Positions 27,338-37,423 are shown, counted from the stretch's first letter. The stretch: 64,000 bases of DNA from Planctomycetota bacterium (GCA_965223845.1 CBDCXR010000004.1:7456001-7520000), one strand, 5' to 3'. Numbers and translations are program-made. Notes: generated from the letters alone by a model not told the origin.

Positions 27338-29461
27338 ATGAAACCATCCGACGTCGACCTCGCGCGTCGCGCCGTCGCCCGAGGCTGGATCAGCCAGGAG
27401 CAGTCTCTCGACGGCCTAGCCGAAGCGGATCGCTGTCAGGCGATGGGGCTCGATAAGGGGATCGGTGACGTTCTCCTCGAGCGGGGCCTCCTCTCGGCGC
27501 GCCGCATCGCGGAGCTGCGCGCGTCGACGTCGTGGTCGCTCGAGGAATCTCGTCTCGGAGGCTACGAAGTCCAGCGACGGATCGGACTCGGAGGGACGGG
27601 AAACGTCTTCGAGGCTCGGCACGTCCGGCTCAACCAGCGAGTCGCGCTCAAGGTGCTCTCTCCGCGCGTCGCACGCGACGCGGAGGTGCGCGCGGCGTTC
27701 CTCCGCGAGGCGCGAGCGCTCGCCCGCCTCAGTCACCCGAATCTCGTCCACGCGTTCGATTTCGGGAAGGACGGCTCCTACTACTACCTCGGGATGGAGT
27801 ACGTCGAGGGAGAGAGCCTGCAGCAGCGCATTGCGCGGCTCGGTCGTCTGCCCGTCGTCGAAGCGACGCGCATCGTTCGGGACGTTTGTCGCGCGCTCGT
27901 CGCGCTCGCCGCGCGCGGACTCGTCCACGGCGATGTCAAGCCCGCGAACGTTCTTCTCGGAAACGACGGCGAGGTGAAGCTCACCGACCTCGGTCTCGTG
28001 CGGCGAATCGCGCTCGACGGCACTGAGGAGCGGGTCGTCCGCGGAACTCCGCACTACATCTCGCCGGAAGAAGTCGCCGGGTCGGGTCGCGTGGACGCGA
28101 GAAGCGATCTCTATTCGCTCGGGGCGACTTGGTATCACGCGATCGCCGGCCGTCCACCGTTTCTCGCGAAGAGTACGGCCGCTCTTCTGCGCGCGCACCA
28201 GCAAGTGCAGCCCGCGTCGCTCGCGTCGATCCACCCTGACGAAGTTCCGCCGGAGGTCGATCGCGTGGTTCTCACTTGGCTCCAGAAGGACCCGAGCGAT
28301 CGGCCACCCGACGCGGCTCACGCGCTCGGAGCGGTCGAGCGCCTGCTCGACCATCTCGGGAGCACCCGCGCGTCGACGTACCTCGGTCGTAGGATGTGGA
28401 TCGCGGGAGGAGTGATCGCGGTCGCGCTCGCGGCGATCGGCTACGGCTGGCACGTCGCGCGGTCCGGGGACCTGAGACCGAAGGACGCGCCCGCGGAGGG
28501 CATCCACGCGGTCGAGCGAGACGATCCGGCGCTGGGGGAGCGCGCGCCCGAGGTTTCGACGCCGTCCCCGTTCGAAGCGAGCGTGGAGGCGCCGAGCCGA
28601 GAGGTCGCGCCGCCCGTGTCGATCGGAACGGTGATCGGGAAGCCCGGCGACGGTGGGTCGAGCCCGGGCGCGCCGAGTGACGACGAAAGCCAGCCCATCG
28701 ACGCCGCACCCACGGGCGACCCCGTCCCGCCCGGCCGGGCCGAGAGGGGAATCGACGGAAAGGGACCGGCGAAGGTCGCGCCGGACACGGGAGCGATCGA
28801 CGCGAGCGCGTTGGTCGTCGCGAGACCGTCCGTCTGGCCTCATCTCGTCGCCGCTGGTCGCCGCGTCGTCGCCGCGGCGGATGCGTTGCCAGGCTTCGGC
28901 GAGTTTCGGGTGCGTTCCGAACGATCGTCGCGGCTCCTCGCATCGATCACCGCGGCGGAGTGCGCGCTCGTTCCCGGTTCGCGAGAGCGACTGCGCGTTC
29001 TCATCTCGTACTCGTTCGAGCGCGATGCGGAACGCTTCGATTTCCGCGCGCGGCCGGGATCCATCCGCCTCCGCGATGGTGCGATCGTCACCGCGACGCG
29101 AGACAGCGCCCGGCTGACTTCGACCTATTGGCTGACGCCGCCGGTCCGCATCCGCGGACAGGCTCGCGCCGGATCGATCGTGTCCATCGGAATGACGGAC
29201 CTCGACTTCGATCCGCGCCGGTGGAGCGCCAGTCCGGCGATCGAAGTCGTGCGCGAGTTTCGCCTCGAGTGGTCTCGCGACGCCGTGAGCTTCGAGGTCG
29301 CCGGCGAACCCGATGAGTCGAAGCCACTCCGTCGATTCGACCACGGACGACTCGCGCTCGTCCTTCAGCGCGGCGGCCTCGATTGGCTCGAGGTCGAGGG
29401 CGATCTCGAGCCGGCTTGGGTCGAGGAGCGCGCGCGGCTCGTCGATGCCCTCGGCGAGTGA
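27338..29461 (+). CDS. Membrane Ser/Thr (Hanks) kinase with extracytoplasmic C-terminal domain
   Basis: IGLGGTG.V, VALK, HPN, HGDVKPAN, DLG, GTPHYISPE, SDLYSLG; TM WIAGGVIAVALAAIGYGW. Confidence 0.92.
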   Translation: MKPSDVDLARRAVARGWISQEQSLDGLAEADRCQAMGLDKGIGDVLLERGLLSARRIAELRASTSWSLEESRLGGYEVQRRIGLGGTGNVFEARHVRLNQRVALKVLSPRVARDAEVRAAFLREARALARLSHPNLVHAFDFGKDGSYYYLGMEYVEGESLQQRIARLGRLPVVEATRIVRDVCRALVALAARGLVHGDVKPANVLLGNDGEVKLTDLGLVRRIALDGTEERVVRGTPHYISPEEVAGSGRVDARSDLYSLGATWYHAIAGRPPFLAKSTAALLRAHQQVQPASLASIHPDEVPPEVDRVVLTWLQKDPSDRPPDAAHALGAVERLLDHLGSTRASTYLGRRMWIAGGVIAVALAAIGYGWHVARSGDLRPKDAPAEGIHAVERDDPALGERAPEVSTPSPFEASVEAPSREVAPPVSIGTVIGKPGDGGSSPGAPSDDESQPIDAAPTGDPVPPGRAERGIDGKGPAKVAPDTGAIDASALVVARPSVWPHLVAAGRRVVAAADALPGFGEFRVRSERSSRLLASITAAECALVPGSRERLRVLISYSFERDAERFDFRARPGSIRLRDGAIVTATRDSARLTSTYWLTPPVRIRGQARAGSIVSIGMTDLDFDPRRWSASPAIEVVREFRLEWSRDAVSFEVAGEPDESKPLRRFDHGRLALVLQRGGLDWLEVEGDLEPAWVEERARLVDALGE

Positions 29462-29673
29462 CGGTGTTTTCGGAACGCCGGATGTTTCGGGACCGTCGGC
29501 GAGATCCGCGCGCGGCATCGAGGAGATTTCCCTCGGTGGCTCGAGCGCGTCCGCGTCACCTTCCGGTACGGCGCCCGTCGACCGGACCCGTCGTCCCCGC
29601 CGGTTTGCCGGTCTTCGCAGGGTGAGATAGTTTTCGATGAGCGGATCTTCCCTGCCATCGGCCCTGCCTCTCC

Positions 29674-32600
29674 ATGCGCGAATTCCAGCCCGACGAGACG
29701 ATCAACAACCGTTACCGCGTCCTGCGCAAGCTGGGGGCGGGAGCGATGGGGAGCGTCTATCTCTGCGAAGATTCCGTCCAGAACAACGTGAAGGTCGCCC
29801 TCAAGGTTCTGATTTCGGAGAACCTCGACGACCAAGACGTTTGGGCGAAGGGTGAGTACGAAGCACTCACGCGTCTTCGCCATCCGAACCTCGCGAAGGT
29901 TTACAACTTCGGGCGCATCGTCGACGCGGACGACTATTTCATCGTCTCGGAGTTCATCAAGGGCGTCGATCTCTTCTCCGCGACCGAGTACCTCCACTAC
30001 GACGAGCTCGCTGATATCGTCGTTCAGATCAGTCGCGCCCTCGAGTACATCCACTCGCAGGGGTATGTCCACTTCGACATCAAGCCGGACAATATCCTCG
30101 TCACGAGGCACAAGACGATCGGGATTCAGGAAGGATCCAAAGTCCAGTACGACGAAGGGAAGCCGGAGGGAAGCAGTGCCGACCTTCTTTCGAAGCCGAA
30201 AGCCAAGCTGATCGACTTCGGCCTTGCCGAGAAGATCACCGGATCGTTCAGCTTCGCGATCAAAGGGACGCTCAACTATCTCGCGCCGGAGATCTTGAAC
30301 GGCCAAACGCCGGACCGCCGCGCAGATCTCTACTCTCTCGGAGTGACGCTCTACCAGGTCACGAACCGAAATCTCCCGCCGTGCGGCGACATCGGCAATC
30401 TCTTCAGCGAGACGCCGTCGCCCGGGGCGAGCCGGGCGGATCTCTTCGAGATGCACATGAAGAACCACCCGGAGTTCCTTCGGAAGCTGATTCTGCGGCT
30501 TCTCGAAGAGAAACCGGAGAGTCGGTTCCAAAGCGCGAAGGAAGTCATTCACTTCATCAATCGGCACTCGGAGCATTCGTTCGAGGTCGAGACCGAGGAA
30601 ACCCGCGCCAGCTATTTCTATTCGCCGAAGATCGTCGGGCGAAAGCGCGAGATGAATCGGCTCAAGGAGTACCACGAACGGGTCTTCTATCCGCAGCGGT
30701 GGCGCGACGCGCAGCGTTCGGTGATGGAGGAGCGGGAGACCGCGGAAGAGCCGCCGGCGAGCACCGCCACGGAGGAACCGTCGAGCTCAGACGATGACGC
30801 CGCGGACACCCGAGAGGCGGCGCTCGATTCGAGCGCGGCCGGCGCCGACGTCGCTGCGAACGCCGAGCGAGGCGACGAGGCGAACGGCGCGGACGAGAGC
30901 TCGAACGCCGAGCGAGGCGACGAGGCGAACGGCGCGGACGAGAGCTCGAACGCCGAGCGCGGCGACGAGGCGACCGGAGCGACCGACTCCGGTTCGGACG
31001 CCGGCGAAACCGCCGGGGCGAAGAACGAGGACGCGAACGACGGCGAAGCAAAGATCACGCTCGCCCCCGCGAGCACACGTTCGTCGAGAGACGCCAAAGA
31101 ACCTTCCGGCGGGGACGGCGACCTTCCCTCGCTCATTCTCGTCAACGGCGAGATGGGTTCGGGGAAGTCCCGCATCCTCGAGGAGTTTCAGCACTACCTT
31201 CGACTGAACGACGTCCTTACCGTCTCCGGGAACTGCTACGAAGGAACGAGCAAGGCGTACCAGCCCCTCGTCCAGGCGCTCCACGAGATCGTGTACCGAT
31301 TGGGGCTCGACTCGGATCTCTATCACAAGTACGCGGGAGACATCGTGCGCCTCCTGCCCGAGCTTCCGCGGAAGGGGGCCGAAGAGCGAGGGCCGATTCG
31401 ACCGGACAAGGAGAAGCTCTACTTCATCGAGCGCGTCTCTCAATTCCTCGTCGAGGCCGCCGAGCGCTTGCCCTTCGTTCTCTTCATCAACAATCTCCAC
31501 TGGATCGACGAGGCGAGCATCGATCTCCTCGGGCACTTTTTCGAGCGCCTCGTCGACGCGCGCGCCGGGGAGGCACCGAAGCTTCTCGTGGTCGCGAGCC
31601 TCCGCCCCGAAGACAGCCAGTCAGAGAAGCTGGTCGCGCTCCTCGAGCGATATCGAGCGTCGGACCGACTCGCCGAAGTCCAGCTCCGTCCGCTCCGTCA
31701 CGCTCAGATCGCCGAGCTGCTTTCGTCGATGCTCAGTTTCACCGACGTACCGGACGGCTTCGTCGCGACCCTCGGCGAGAAAACGGGCGGAAACCCCCTC
31801 TTCATCGTCGAGACGCTGAAGGCCCTCCAGGACGAAGGCATCCTTCGCCACACGGTCGATGGCTGGAAGATCCGGACCACGAACTACGACCGGATCGAGA
31901 TCCCGCAGAACATGGAGGAGCTGCTCGAGCGGCGCTTCGAGAAGCTCGAGGATCGGAAGCGCGAGATCCTCGAGGTGCTGAGCGTGCTCGACAAGCCGGT
32001 CAGCCCGCGCTTCCTCCAGGGCGTGGAACGCTTCAAAGACGCACCGATCCTCGTCGACCTCCGAGACCTCGAGCAAGGCGGTCTCATCGGGAAGCTCTTC
32101 GAGAGTGGGAAGCTCCACTTTCAGATCTCCCAGACGAAGACGCGCGAGATCCTCTACACCCGGCTCGCGGACGACGCACGCTGTCGCTATCACGGCGAGA
32201 TCGGAGCGGCGTTCGAAGAGTTCTATCGCGGGAAGGAAGAGGAGATCCTCGAGGAGCTGGCTTACCACTACCAGCAGAGCGATCAGCCGTGGAAGGCGCT
32301 CGAGCTCGCCATGCGGGCGGGCGACCGACTGAAGGCGATCTACGCGAACGAGTCAGCCTGCGGGTACTACCTCTACGCCCTCGATCAGGTCGAAGGGCGC
32401 GACGAACACTTCGATACGTGGGTGGAGATCCACGAGAAGCTCGGCGAACTCTGTACGACGATGGGCCGCTACGAGTTCGCGGAACGAAGCTACGGGACCC
32501 TCCTCGACGAGGACGTCGTCGAGCGGCTCGATCCGGCGCGTGTGGTGCAGATCTTCATCAGCCGGGGAAAGGTGTTCGAGATCCAGGGCGACTACGACAC

Positions 32601-34275
32601 CGCGCTCATCTGCTACAAGGACGCGCGCAACTACCTCGCCGAGTTCGCCCAGAACGACCTGATCGTCGAGCGCATCCGCGTATTCAACAGCATCGGCTGG
32701 GTCTACGTGAACATGGGGAAGTACGAGAAGGCGCTTGCGATTTCGCTCGAAGCCATGCGCGTCATCGAGAACCTTCCCGAGAGCATCGAGCACGCGATGG
32801 TCTACAACACCATCGGGAGCGCGAACTTCTACAAGGGGAACACGCGGCAGGCCATCGACTACCACCGCCGCAGCCTCCAGATCAAAGAGAACCTCGACTT
32901 CATTCCCGAAACGACGATCTCGCTCAATCACCTCGGGAGCGCGTTCCTCGCGATCTCCGAGTACGGTGAAGCGCTCGAGCATCTCAATCGCGCGCTCCGA
33001 ACGAGCGAAGAGATCGGAGATCCGTACGGTCGAGCGCTGACACTCCACAACTTCGCGCGGCTGCGATTCATGGTCGGTCAACCCGAAGAGGGGTGGAAAT
33101 GTCTCGACCGATCCCTTCGCCTCTCGAAGGACTACAGCATGCGCTACCTCAACATCCAGAATTACGTGGTGCGAGGGCGTGCGCTCATGGAGGAGTGTGA
33201 GTACTCGAAGGCCGAGGGAAACTTTTTCCGCGCGTTGACAGCCTTCACGAAGCAGGGAAACCGCTGGGGGCTCTGTACCGTCCTCAGCGCGATCGCGGAG
33301 CTGCACCGCCTGCGCGGGAATCACGAGGAGGCGCGGGGGATGCTCAAGGAGGCGTGCCGCTACGCGGACGAGCTCGACATTCGACAACTCCGCGCTGGTT
33401 GTCTCCTCGTCGACGCCCGACTCCACCGTGAAACCGACACGAAGGGCGCGCGAGTCGCACTGCAGAAGCTCGAGAAAGCCGTCGCGATCGCGGAGAAGAG
33501 CGACTGCGCGGAGCTGAGCGGCGAGCTCAACTACGAAATGGGCGAAACCCTCGTCCGGTTGCGCCTCCTGTCGGACGCGACGCAGTACTACCGCGCGGCG
33601 GAGATGAAGTTTCGCGAAGTCTTCGACAACCTTCCGGAAGAGCTGCGCGACAGCTACAGTCGGCGGCAGAAGGCGCGATTCCGTGACTGGAAGCAGAGCG
33701 TCGCCATTCCGAAGGATCGAAGCGCTAAGTCGAGCGCGGATGCACCCTCTGGGAACGAAGACGAGCGGCAGGTTTCCGCCGAGGATTCGCTCCGCCGGGT
33801 CAATGAACTCATGATGCTCCTCGGGTCCGGATTACCTCTCGAGGAGCTCGTCGACCGCATTCTTCAGGAAGTCCTCGCGACTCTCCGCGGTCGCTCCGCG
33901 CTGTGGCTCCTCGTGAGCGGTCGCGACCTTAGCCTGGAGGGAGCACGGACGATCGACGGCAGCGAATGCGATGCCGAGGGAGTCCTTTCGCTCGGACTCA
34001 TCGAGCGCGTGCTCAACTCGGGACAGCCGCTCCTTCTCGCGGACATGGCCGACGATCAGGAAGCCGCCGAGCTCCTCGCGAGCTGCGACATTCGCATGTC
34101 GTCGCTCGCCGTACTCGCAGTGCCCGTTTCGCCGACGGAGCGCGGCGTTCTCTACGTGACGGACGCGCGACTTCCGAATCAAGGTGGGAATCGTTCCCTC
34201 CTCCTCGTCCAGCCGTTCCTGAACCTGCTGTCGATCGCGCACCAGCAGCGGCACACGGCGGATAGCTCGCCGTAG
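29674..34275 (+). CDS. Ser/Thr kinase - AAA_16/STAND NTPase - TPR - GAF-like multidomain signalling protein
   Basis: LGAGAMG, VALK, HFDIKPDN, DFG, APE; IVGRKRE, GEMGSGKS, NNLHWID, TGGNPLF; TPR array; C-terminal GAF-like segment. Confidence 0.9.
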   Translation: MREFQPDETINNRYRVLRKLGAGAMGSVYLCEDSVQNNVKVALKVLISENLDDQDVWAKGEYEALTRLRHPNLAKVYNFGRIVDADDYFIVSEFIKGVDLFSATEYLHYDELADIVVQISRALEYIHSQGYVHFDIKPDNILVTRHKTIGIQEGSKVQYDEGKPEGSSADLLSKPKAKLIDFGLAEKITGSFSFAIKGTLNYLAPEILNGQTPDRRADLYSLGVTLYQVTNRNLPPCGDIGNLFSETPSPGASRADLFEMHMKNHPEFLRKLILRLLEEKPESRFQSAKEVIHFINRHSEHSFEVETEETRASYFYSPKIVGRKREMNRLKEYHERVFYPQRWRDAQRSVMEERETAEEPPASTATEEPSSSDDDAADTREAALDSSAAGADVAANAERGDEANGADESSNAERGDEANGADESSNAERGDEATGATDSGSDAGETAGAKNEDANDGEAKITLAPASTRSSRDAKEPSGGDGDLPSLILVNGEMGSGKSRILEEFQHYLRLNDVLTVSGNCYEGTSKAYQPLVQALHEIVYRLGLDSDLYHKYAGDIVRLLPELPRKGAEERGPIRPDKEKLYFIERVSQFLVEAAERLPFVLFINNLHWIDEASIDLLGHFFERLVDARAGEAPKLLVVASLRPEDSQSEKLVALLERYRASDRLAEVQLRPLRHAQIAELLSSMLSFTDVPDGFVATLGEKTGGNPLFIVETLKALQDEGILRHTVDGWKIRTTNYDRIEIPQNMEELLERRFEKLEDRKREILEVLSVLDKPVSPRFLQGVERFKDAPILVDLRDLEQGGLIGKLFESGKLHFQISQTKTREILYTRLADDARCRYHGEIGAAFEEFYRGKEEEILEELAYHYQQSDQPWKALELAMRAGDRLKAIYANESACGYYLYALDQVEGRDEHFDTWVEIHEKLGELCTTMGRYEFAERSYGTLLDEDVVERLDPARVVQIFISRGKVFEIQGDYDTALICYKDARNYLAEFAQNDLIVERIRVFNSIGWVYVNMGKYEKALAISLEAMRVIENLPESIEHAMVYNTIGSANFYKGNTRQAIDYHRRSLQIKENLDFIPETTISLNHLGSAFLAISEYGEALEHLNRALRTSEEIGDPYGRALTLHNFARLRFMVGQPEEGWKCLDRSLRLSKDYSMRYLNIQNYVVRGRALMEECEYSKAEGNFFRALTAFTKQGNRWGLCTVLSAIAELHRLRGNHEEARGMLKEACRYADELDIRQLRAGCLLVDARLHRETDTKGARVALQKLEKAVAIAEKSDCAELSGELNYEMGETLVRLRLLSDATQYYRAAEMKFREVFDNLPEELRDSYSRRQKARFRDWKQSVAIPKDRSAKSSADAPSGNEDERQVSAEDSLRRVNELMMLLGSGLPLEELVDRILQEVLATLRGRSALWLLVSGRDLSLEGARTIDGSECDAEGVLSLGLIERVLNSGQPLLLADMADDQEAAELLASCDIRMSSLAVLAVPVSPTERGVLYVTDARLPNQGGNRSLLLVQPFLNLLSIAHQQRHTADSSP
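30857..30973 (+). repeat. 45-bp in-frame tandem repeat (~2.6 copies) encoding NAERGDEANGADESS
   Basis: Units start at 30857, 30902 and 30947; the first two are identical. Confidence 0.9.
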
Positions 34276-34434
34276 GGCGTCGCTCGGTACACCCTCCTGT
34301 CTCCGACAAACGCCGCGACACCGTAGCCTGAACCTCGAATCGACTCGCGCCGGGGCGTGACGGCAGCACGGCGAGTCAGGCACGAGGAGAATCACGGCGC
34401 CGGGAACGGGAACGAGTTCAGAGCGCGACGAGGT

Positions 34435-34611
34435 TAGCCCGGTCTTCTCACCAGACTCGGTGAGCGAAGCGGCGAGCCGCCACAAGGCGTGAATGGACAA
34501 GGAGGTGGCGCCGGGCCGCCCGGAGGTGTGCTTCTAGCACAGTGAGGATCGGGGCGACGCATCCGATGCTCTTGTGGTGGCGCAGCAGAATCTGGTGAGA
34601 AGCCCGGGTTA
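34435..34611. mobile_element. MITE-like / REP-like element, copy 2
   Basis: TA-GCCCGGTCTTCTCACCAGA ... TCTGGTGAGAAGCCCGGGT-TA near-perfect TIRs with TA at both ends; the right TA is part of the stop codon of the FHA gene. Confidence 0.75.
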
Positions 34612-36126
34612 GAACGGAACCTCGAAGAACTGCTCCTGCGGATTGAAGAGCCGTCCCTTCCGGTAGGCGATGAGCATCGCGCGGATGACCTCGGGATCGT
34701 ATTTCGTCCCGGCGCCGTCCCGAATCTCGAGAAGTGCGTCCTTGATGCTGAGCTCGCTCGAGCCCTCGCGGACGCCGTAGAGAACGCGGTCGAGGTCAAT
34801 CGCCGGGTTGAGGATTCGACCGAGCTGCGGAATCTCCTCTCCCTTCTTTCCTTCGGGAGAGCCGCTCCCGTCGAAGTGCTCGTTCGCGCACTCGATGGCG
34901 GGAAGAATCTCGGCGAGCTCGGTTACCCGGCCGAGCAGCTCGCGCGCGTAGTGATTGCGCTTCGTTTCGCGCGTTAGCTCCTGCTGCTGCTCGCTGTCGG
35001 TCATCGGAATATTGCCGATCGTGTGGAGCATGCCGACGAGCCACGCGTTCCGAAGGTCGTGAGTGCCGTAGCCGAGCTCCTTCGCGATCGCGAGGCACGA
35101 CGTCGCGACGCGTTCGCAGTAGCCCCGCGTCTCTGGAGTACGCATCTCGCCGGCGGACACTAGCGTGTGAATCGTCTGACGAAAGAAGCGGTCGGAGTTG
35201 CTGACGAGCTTCAGCATGCTGATCGTCGATCCGAGCTGGATGCCGATGACCGATGCGAGCTCGAGATCCTCCGGAGAGAAGGCTTCGGGCTTGTTCGAGT
35301 AGCAGTAGACCACGCCGCGACATTCCCCTAGAGCCGTGATCGGCACGCAGAGAACGGAGTGGAGCTGATTGACGACGACGCTTTCCATCGCCTGGAATTG
35401 AGCGTCGATCGCAGCATCCGCGGTCAGAATGGCGCGACCCTGGCGCATGCAATCGCCGATGATTCCGCGCGAAACACCGGCTTCCGACGATGCATCGTCG
35501 TCGCGATCGTAGCGTCCGATGACGTCGAACTCGCCGTGCACCTCGCCCGACCCACCTTTCCACAAGACGTAGACGTGGTCGGCCTTGAGCGTCTTTCCCA
35601 GAATTTTGGCGACCTGGTTCTGAAGCTTCGAGAGATCCTTCTCTTCGCCGATGATGTGCGCGATGTGAAAGAGGACGTTCAGATCGCGCTTCTCGGGCGT
35701 GTCGACGGAGTCCGGCGGAACCGGTGCGAGTCCGCCCATCGTGTCGGTCAGCCGGAACTGAATCGTGGAGCTCGGGCTCACGGCGACCGGAGTGTCCGCG
35801 CCGCGAAGGATTCGGCTCGAGTCCGTGAGGTGGGCGAGGCGATCTTCGAAGACGAGCACGGAGTTGCCGATTCGGACGCGATCACCGTAGCGAAGGATCT
35901 CCTCCCGAACGGACTCTTCGTTTACGAACGTACCGTTTCGACTCTCGAGATCGCGGATGAAGAACACTTCGCCGATCTTGACGACTTCCGCGTGTTGACG
36001 CGAGACACCCTGATCCGGAATGACGATGCCCTTCCCGGGCTCGCGGCCGAGCGTGAGCGGGGCGTCGCCGGCGAGCTCGTACACCTTGCCTTTGTTCGGA
36101 CCGTGTTTCACACGCAGAATCGCCAT
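34609..36126 (-). CDS. FHA - GAF - degenerate HD-GYP domain protein
   Basis: FHA motifs LGR, VSRQHA, SRNGTFVN; GAF SVLCVPI..GVVYC...FSPEDL; HD-GYP-like region with GMLHTIG (HD->HT) and HFDGSGSPEG (GYP->GSP). Confidence 0.88.
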   Translation of the reverse strand: MAILRVKHGPNKGKVYELAGDAPLTLGREPGKGIVIPDQGVSRQHAEVVKIGEVFFIRDLESRNGTFVNEESVREEILRYGDRVRIGNSVLVFEDRLAHLTDSSRILRGADTPVAVSPSSTIQFRLTDTMGGLAPVPPDSVDTPEKRDLNVLFHIAHIIGEEKDLSKLQNQVAKILGKTLKADHVYVLWKGGSGEVHGEFDVIGRYDRDDDASSEAGVSRGIIGDCMRQGRAILTADAAIDAQFQAMESVVVNQLHSVLCVPITALGECRGVVYCYSNKPEAFSPEDLELASVIGIQLGSTISMLKLVSNSDRFFRQTIHTLVSAGEMRTPETRGYCERVATSCLAIAKELGYGTHDLRNAWLVGMLHTIGNIPMTDSEQQQELTRETKRNHYARELLGRVTELAEILPAIECANEHFDGSGSPEGKKGEEIPQLGRILNPAIDLDRVLYGVREGSSELSIKDALLEIRDGAGTKYDPEVIRAMLIAYRKGRLFNPQEQFFEVPF

Positions 36127-36661
36127 GGATGACTCCCTGGAGGGTAGTAGGCCCGGACTTCGCCCGCGTCGTTCTGGCTTCGCCGGCGAGTGGGTTCCGA
36201 TTCAGTGAGATTGAGAGTTTCTCATCCCTGCGCGCGGCTCGACCGGTTCGCTCGACGAGTCGACTACCGAGTTCGCGTTTGAAGGATTCGCGGCGCGCAG
36301 CGGGTCGGCGCCGAGACGCTCCGCCCAGGACCGATCCCGATCGTCGCGGTGGACGCCCCTCTCGCCGGCGGTTCGCCTCGCACGCTGCCCGACGTGACGC
36401 CGCTCTCGAGTGCCGGGTCGCCGTCCAGACATGCTGCCGTCGACACACACCTCGAGGCCGGCGGTGACGCTACGCTCGACACTTGTTCGGTGTCCGTGCG
36501 TTCTTCGTCAGCGCGTCAGACCACGGAGGGATTCTCTCGTCACTACGACACGACCGCCGGCCGCTTTCGCGGCCGCTGAGAAGCTTGAATTATACTCGAC
36601 CCCATCCGAGGAGGAAGGCACAATTCGCGCGCACGCATCCCCGCTCCGCGTACCGCCCGAA

Positions 36662-37390
36662 ATGACTGATTCGTCTCTTCCCGCGACGCGTCCGAACCTG
36701 CTCGTGAGTGTGCGAGACGTGCCGGAAGCGCGTCTCGCCCTCAGTGCGGGCGTTCTGTTCATCGACGTGAAAGAGCCGGGTCGTGGTCCTCTCGGTGCGG
36801 CGGACGCCGGATTGTTATGGGAAGTTGTTCGGCTGCGTCGTGATCGATGCGTCACCGTGAGCGCCGCGCTCGGCGAGCTCCGAGATCAGCCGCAGCCCGA
36901 TCGTTCCCGGATCGTTCCCGGCGTCGAGTTGTACAAGCTCGGCCTTTCCCGTTGCGGCGACGACTGGCGTGATCGATTGGCGGAGTGGGACGCGGAGCTC
37001 TACCGAGCCGGCAGTCGTCTCGTTCCCTCCGCGTACGCGGATGCTGCCGCCGCGGGTTCGCCTCCTCCCGAACAGATCCTGAAGCTCGCGCAGCGGCTAG
37101 AGTCGCCCTACGTTCTCCTCGACACCTTCGAAAAGCGCACGGGATCGCTCCGGTCGCACCTCGGCGACACCGAGCTTCGGGAGTTCATCGACACGGCTCA
37201 CCGCGCGGGAGTGCGCGTCGCGCTCGCAGGGTCGATCCGAGCCGACGACATCGGGCCGGTGGCGCGCCTCGGCCCCGACGTCATCGGAGTTCGCCGCGCG
37301 GCGTGTACGCGCGGCGAGCGTACCGCCGCAATCGACGCAGAACGCATCGGTCGGCTCGATGCGGCGCTCGTCGCTGCGACCGCTCCGTGA
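36662..37390 (+). CDS. mfnB: (5-formylfuran-3-yl)methyl phosphate synthase (DUF556)
   Basis: LLVSVR...EA..AL..G..IDVKEP..GPLG, SAALGEL, YKLGL, AYAD, LLDTFEK, ALAGS, PDVIGVR.AAC. Confidence 0.88.
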   Translation: MTDSSLPATRPNLLVSVRDVPEARLALSAGVLFIDVKEPGRGPLGAADAGLLWEVVRLRRDRCVTVSAALGELRDQPQPDRSRIVPGVELYKLGLSRCGDDWRDRLAEWDAELYRAGSRLVPSAYADAAAAGSPPPEQILKLAQRLESPYVLLDTFEKRTGSLRSHLGDTELREFIDTAHRAGVRVALAGSIRADDIGPVARLGPDVIGVRRAACTRGERTAAIDAERIGRLDAALVAATAP

Positions 37391-37423
37391 GCCGAAACTG
37401 ACGCCGCGCGAGCGAGGCCGGTG

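Noticed and set aside
30857-30973. Tandem repeats (also 63136-63358) as a CRISPR array
   Set aside because: They are in-frame coding repeats with no unique spacers, and there are no cas genes.
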